Below, in pieces: positions 61,001-64,000 of a stretch of 64,000 bases of DNA. The DNA comes from a virus (Duplodnaviria > Caudoviricetes): IMG/VR virus record IMGVR_UViG_3300031992_000031, positions 32,001-96,000 of that record; one strand, 5' to 3'. Below the pieces are notes generated by a model. That model saw only the letters and a program-made list of their open reading frames with translations, ran no database searches and was not told the origin of the DNA. How positions within the stretch are numbered: the stretch's first letter is position 1; each line of letters starts with the position of its first letter. Made by a program: the position numbers and the translations under genes.

Positions 61001-61989
61001 CATTGGAAGACTTCCTCGAAAGAGTTAAAGTAAATAAGATTCAAATGACTAATTTGATTAAGTGCGGGGCATTTGATGACATGATGAAGATTCCGCGTGA
61101 AAAAATCATGGAAAAGTATATTGATTTAGTTGCGGATAAAAAGCAGAGATTAACACTACAAAACATGCAGATGTTAATCAATTATAATTTAATCCCGGAA
61201 GAAATGAATTTTGGTAAGAAAGTATTTTTATTTAATAAGTTTTTGAAGCAACAAAAGAAAGTTGAGTATTATCAACTGAATGATGCCGCAATTAATTTTA
61301 TAGCAGATAATTTTAGTGTAGATATTTTAAGAAATGGAACTGAATTATCAGCGGCGAAATGGGAACTTATTTATCAGAAAGCAATGGACCCAATGAGAAT
61401 GTATTTAAAGGCACATAAAGATGAGATGCTTAAAGCATTAAATAATGCGTTATATAAAGAAGTGTATGATAAGTATGCTCTTGGTTCAATATCCCATTGG
61501 GAAATGGAAGCAGTTAGTTTTTATAGTCATTCTCATGAACTTGCAGAATCTCAATATTTATATGATGATTTCTTCAGTTTACCGGAAGAGCCTGAAATTG
61601 ATTACAGTTTTGTTGGTAAAGACGGTAATGAAGTTAGAATATATAAATTGAGAAAAATTATTGGAACCGTTATTGATAAAAGTAAAATGAAAAATACAGT
61701 TACATTATTAACTCCGACAGGAGTTGTAAATGTAAAAATTTATAAGAATCAATATGCGGGATTCGATAAGCAACTATCACAAAAGGGCGCAGACGGCAAA
61801 AAGCATGTTATCGAGAAGAGTTGGTTCTCACGCGGTAGTTTGTTAATGGTTCAAGGCATTCGTAGAGGTTCTGATTTTATACCGAAGAAGCGCAAAGATA
61901 GTTTTTATCCAGTTATTTCAAAAATAATTAATGTACATGATGATGGGACATTAGAGTTTCAGACAGAGCGGGCGGTGATAGAAGAGTGA
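58033..61989 (+). CDS. dnaE: DNA polymerase III alpha subunit
   Basis: PHP HNHTEYS/AITDHE, RGSG, DIDVD, GIHAGG, KMDLL, GYGFNAAH. Confidence 0.95.
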   Translation: MSQYPGSVHNHTEYSNETLRDCINTVQGLIDLAIELGHECVAITDHETISSYIKAEKYYKKIKEKHPDFKLIRGNEIYLTRNGLTAKNYDKTKDKYFHFILLAKDIEGYKQICELSTRAWQRSYMSRRQRRRPTYYQDLKDIVKPNQGHLIASSACLGSQLDKFLLQYMDTGDEQYFDTARRWCEYIEDIFGSGNFYLELQPSDNKEQIFVNKQLLRLSEMLGINYIITTDSHYGRPEDAPIHEAFLNSQDGDREVKSFYATTYMMKDEEIRSFLPYLTSEQIEAAYTAIREIKNKCEDFSILKPLKIPSLPWREFDVSNDEIEDAIEKIPELEKFLASEYRADNKLVEAVVEGIRKHPDLQNEKAYEALNECLEMTWVSSEVNKAQWSAYFLNLQKIIDECWNAGTLVMPARGSGMGFVLLYALDIIQINCLREKTKTYPWRFLNPARVSVLDIDVDIEGVRRAQVLEHLRKVYGENRVSNVATFKTEKSKSAIQTACRGLGIDNDEASYISNLIQAERGQVFTLKQTYYGDEENGLAPNQAFINEVSKHPGLWEVAQRIEGLICGQGIHAGGVVFTDEDFTESSALMRAPDGTVITQFELHDLEDVSMIKMDLLSVEAADKIHTCLDLLVEQGYIKQYPTLRETYENALGVYKINRDDKKMWDMVQNHEIVSLFQMEQQSGVRGIALTHPRSVDELAVLNSVIRLMATEKGAESPLDKYARFRENPKAWDREMQQMGLTEEQRAIMHRELDISDGMSITQEQFMQLVQLPECGGWDLQWADKLRKSIAKKNPKDYDALTKQFFDNVKEKGLNEKFCHYVWDVEVALSRGYGFNAAHTYSYSMIALQEMNLARFYPIIFWNTANLIVDSGGIQTEEVEDEDEGLDVEPEAEEEDDEDEEEWEEENEVTEGEKEDKKKEKTKSVDYGKVASAIGRFDSYGIKVSPPNINSSSYSFTPVVERNEILYGLRGITRLSTSIIKEIMEMRPFDSLEDFLERVKVNKIQMTNLIKCGAFDDMMKIPREKIMEKYIDLVADKKQRLTLQNMQMLINYNLIPEEMNFGKKVFLFNKFLKQQKKVEYYQLNDAAINFIADNFSVDILRNGTELSAAKWELIYQKAMDPMRMYLKAHKDEMLKALNNALYKEVYDKYALGSISHWEMEAVSFYSHSHELAESQYLYDDFFSLPEEPEIDYSFVGKDGNEVRIYKLRKIIGTVIDKSKMKNTVTLLTPTGVVNVKIYKNQYAGFDKQLSQKGADGKKHVIEKSWFSRGSLLMVQGIRRGSDFIPKKRKDSFYPVISKIINVHDDGTLEFQTERAVIEE

Positions 61990-63077
61990 TAGGTTTAGTA
62001 GACTTACAATTGTAGAGTTGGCAGAAACCTTCACTCTGCCCTCCCAATTTAGAAATAATGAAGTTAGCTACATATTATACAACAGAAGAAAATAAGTTCT
62101 GTCGTTTAATCAATTTAGATGAAACTGAATTTGGCGGCTATGAAAAAGTATATATATTTAGTGAATCAAAAGATTTTATTACTGTGCCCGAAGCATTTAA
62201 ACGAGCATCAAATGTAATATATGGAGGTTCAGCCTTTACAAACGGTAAATACATTCCATTCTAGAATAAACTAATAGATTATACTATCGCTCGGCCGCGA
62301 ATCTATGCTAACTTTCTTAAAGAAAAATACCAAGCTGGATTAAGAGAAATTGAAATAACAAGATTATTAGATAATACTTATTATAGATGGCACGCTGGAA
62401 AAGAAGTTTTACCGCTTCCTGCTATTAAAAAACGTCATCGAATTTATATATACGATTTAGATTTCTTTTAGGAAGGTTGGCGCAATATTATAGATAGAAT
62501 AATAAAGCGTTCTCCCTCCTCTATAAATTTTATACATCCAGCACATTATAAAAAGATTTCAGATTTTCTGGAAGTACGTGAAAACTCATTAATTGCCAAA
62601 GGAAATGATGCTTACTTGGATTTAAACATTCCGCTAAAAGAAACGCCTATTTTAATGAAACATTATAAAAATCGTTTATTAGCAGTAATAAATCCTAGCG
62701 CGCAAGTATATTTATCTTTAGGCGGTTCATTCCATTATCAATCTGACTATTTAAAAGATATTATTTATAAATTAAATTTACTATATGTATTTTGGAGTTG
62801 TAAAATTCCTTTAAAAATAAAATATGAAGAACCGGCATTAGGATGTTTTAATCCAATACCGGATCTTTCAAAATTAATATCAACTTGGACGCAAGGTGAT
62901 ACTTGTAATTATAAAAGTATTATAGATAGAATACCAAAAGATAAAAGTTTAACTGATATACGCCCTGAGCGCGAACAGTTAAGACAAATATTAGATAGGT
63001 ATCCTTCATATGAAACCTTGTTTCGTCAAACCACAGGAACAGTTAGAAAAGGAGGTCTTTGGAAGTATGGATATTAA
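61986..63077 (+). CDS. Hypothetical protein (3 TAG=Gln); N-terminus resembles PNL..MKL radical-SAM-associated proteins but lacks CxxxCxxC
   Basis: GTG overlapping the dnaE stop; joins track ORFs 62058 and 62616. Confidence 0.65.
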
Positions 63078-63273
63078 TAGTATTAAAGTACAATATGAAA
63101 CCTTAAATAAAGATTTAAAGCAGGCACTAAGCCGCATGGAACGCACTGATAGGGTATTTATTATAAAAGAAGCAATGAATGATCTATAGAAAATGTGCCC
63201 GCATGATAATGGATCATTTGATTTCTCTACAACCGAATATTGCCCGTATTGTGGAAAAAAGTTTGGGAAGTGA
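63067..63273 (+). CDS. Small Zn-ribbon protein (1 TAG=Gln)
   Basis: CPH...CPYCG; GGAGG upstream. Confidence 0.6.
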
Positions 63274-63277
63274 TATT

Positions 63278-64000
63278 ATGGAATTACAAATTAAAAAACG
63301 AACAGGAGAATTAGTTCCATTTAATAAAGAAAAAATTGAAACGGCTATTTGTAAAGCATGGCATGAAGTTTATCCCAATGAACAAGGTAAACCTTCTTAT
63401 GGGCAAGAAATAGCTGACATGGTAGAAAATGTAGCAAAAGAATTAGATGAGTCTATTGGAGTTGAAGATATTCAAGAATTAGTTGAAGATTATTTAACTG
63501 ATTATGATCTAAAAGTTGGTAAAGCGTATATTAAATACAGATACAAGCATGGTATTATGCGTGCGAATTCTACTGAATTTATTCGCGCTATTAGTGAGAA
63601 ACTTCGCGCTTCTAATGTTCAGAATCAAAATGCTAATGTAGATGAACATTCATTTGGTGGCCGTGTTGGTGAAGCCTCAGATGAAATGATGAAGCAGTAT
63701 GCTCTTGATTTTTGTATGTCTAATATGGCAAAACAGAATCATTTAAATAATGAAATTTATATTCATGATTTGAGCGCTTATGCTGTTGGTATGCATAACT
63801 GTTTGAGTATTCCATTTGATGACTTACTTGCTAATGGATTTAATACTAGGCAAACTGATGTGCGTCCTGCTAATTCAATTAATACTGCTTTCCAGCTTGT
63901 AGCGGTTATCTTCCAACTTCAAAGCTTAATGCAGTTCGGCGGCGTGAGTGCAACTCACCTAGATTGGACTATGGTGCCTTATGTAAGAAAGAGTTATTTT
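63278..64000 (+). CDS. nrdD: Anaerobic ribonucleoside-triphosphate reductase, 5' part (runs off window)
   Basis: ATP cone IKKRTG..FNKEKI; NANVDE, IYIHDL, HNC, QFGG. Confidence 0.9.
   Translation, partial: MELQIKKRTGELVPFNKEKIETAICKAWHEVYPNEQGKPSYGQEIADMVENVAKELDESIGVEDIQELVEDYLTDYDLKVGKAYIKYRYKHGIMRANSTEFIRAISEKLRASNVQNQNANVDEHSFGGRVGEASDEMMKQYALDFCMSNMAKQNHLNNEIYIHDLSAYAVGMHNCLSIPFDDLLANGFNTRQTDVRPANSINTAFQLVAVIFQLQSLMQFGGVSATHLDWTMVPYVRKSYF

Overview
This is a 64-kb segment of a large AT-rich tailed-phage genome. The host is probably a gut or rumen Bacillota, inferred from sigmaA-type TTGAC-N17-TATAAT promoters, AGGAGG RBSs, DnaE and NrdD. All credible genes are on the + strand. TAG is read as Gln (genetic code 15), which joins many fragmented ORFs of the supplied track into full genes. 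The first ~16 kb is an RNA-rich region with 14 tRNAs, a tmRNA and many structured non-coding segments. It is followed by RNA-repair-type enzymes, accessory genes and a replication module (ligase, type IIA topoisomerase, SSB, DnaB, DnaG, RecJ, DnaE, NrdD). Most striking: (1) Two tRNA genes (Asn-GTT, Gln-TTG) carry a second tRNA-shaped element inside the anticodon loop. Removing it at RNase P and RNase Z sites rebuilds a 7-nt anticodon loop (exactly for Asn; via a -1 cut for Gln) and leaves ends an ATP-dependent RNA ligase can join, and the phage encodes such a ligase. This is a candidate 'tRNA-inside-a-tRNA' splicing route. (2) A stand-alone copy of the 23S rRNA L11-binding domain sits inside a tRNA operon. 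(3) There are several repeated small-RNA families (CAGCAA hairpins, H-type pseudoknots, anticodon-less tRNA-like RNAs). (4) A group I intron lies in codon 3 of an HTH gene missed by the ORF track. All calls are by eye; no searches were run.
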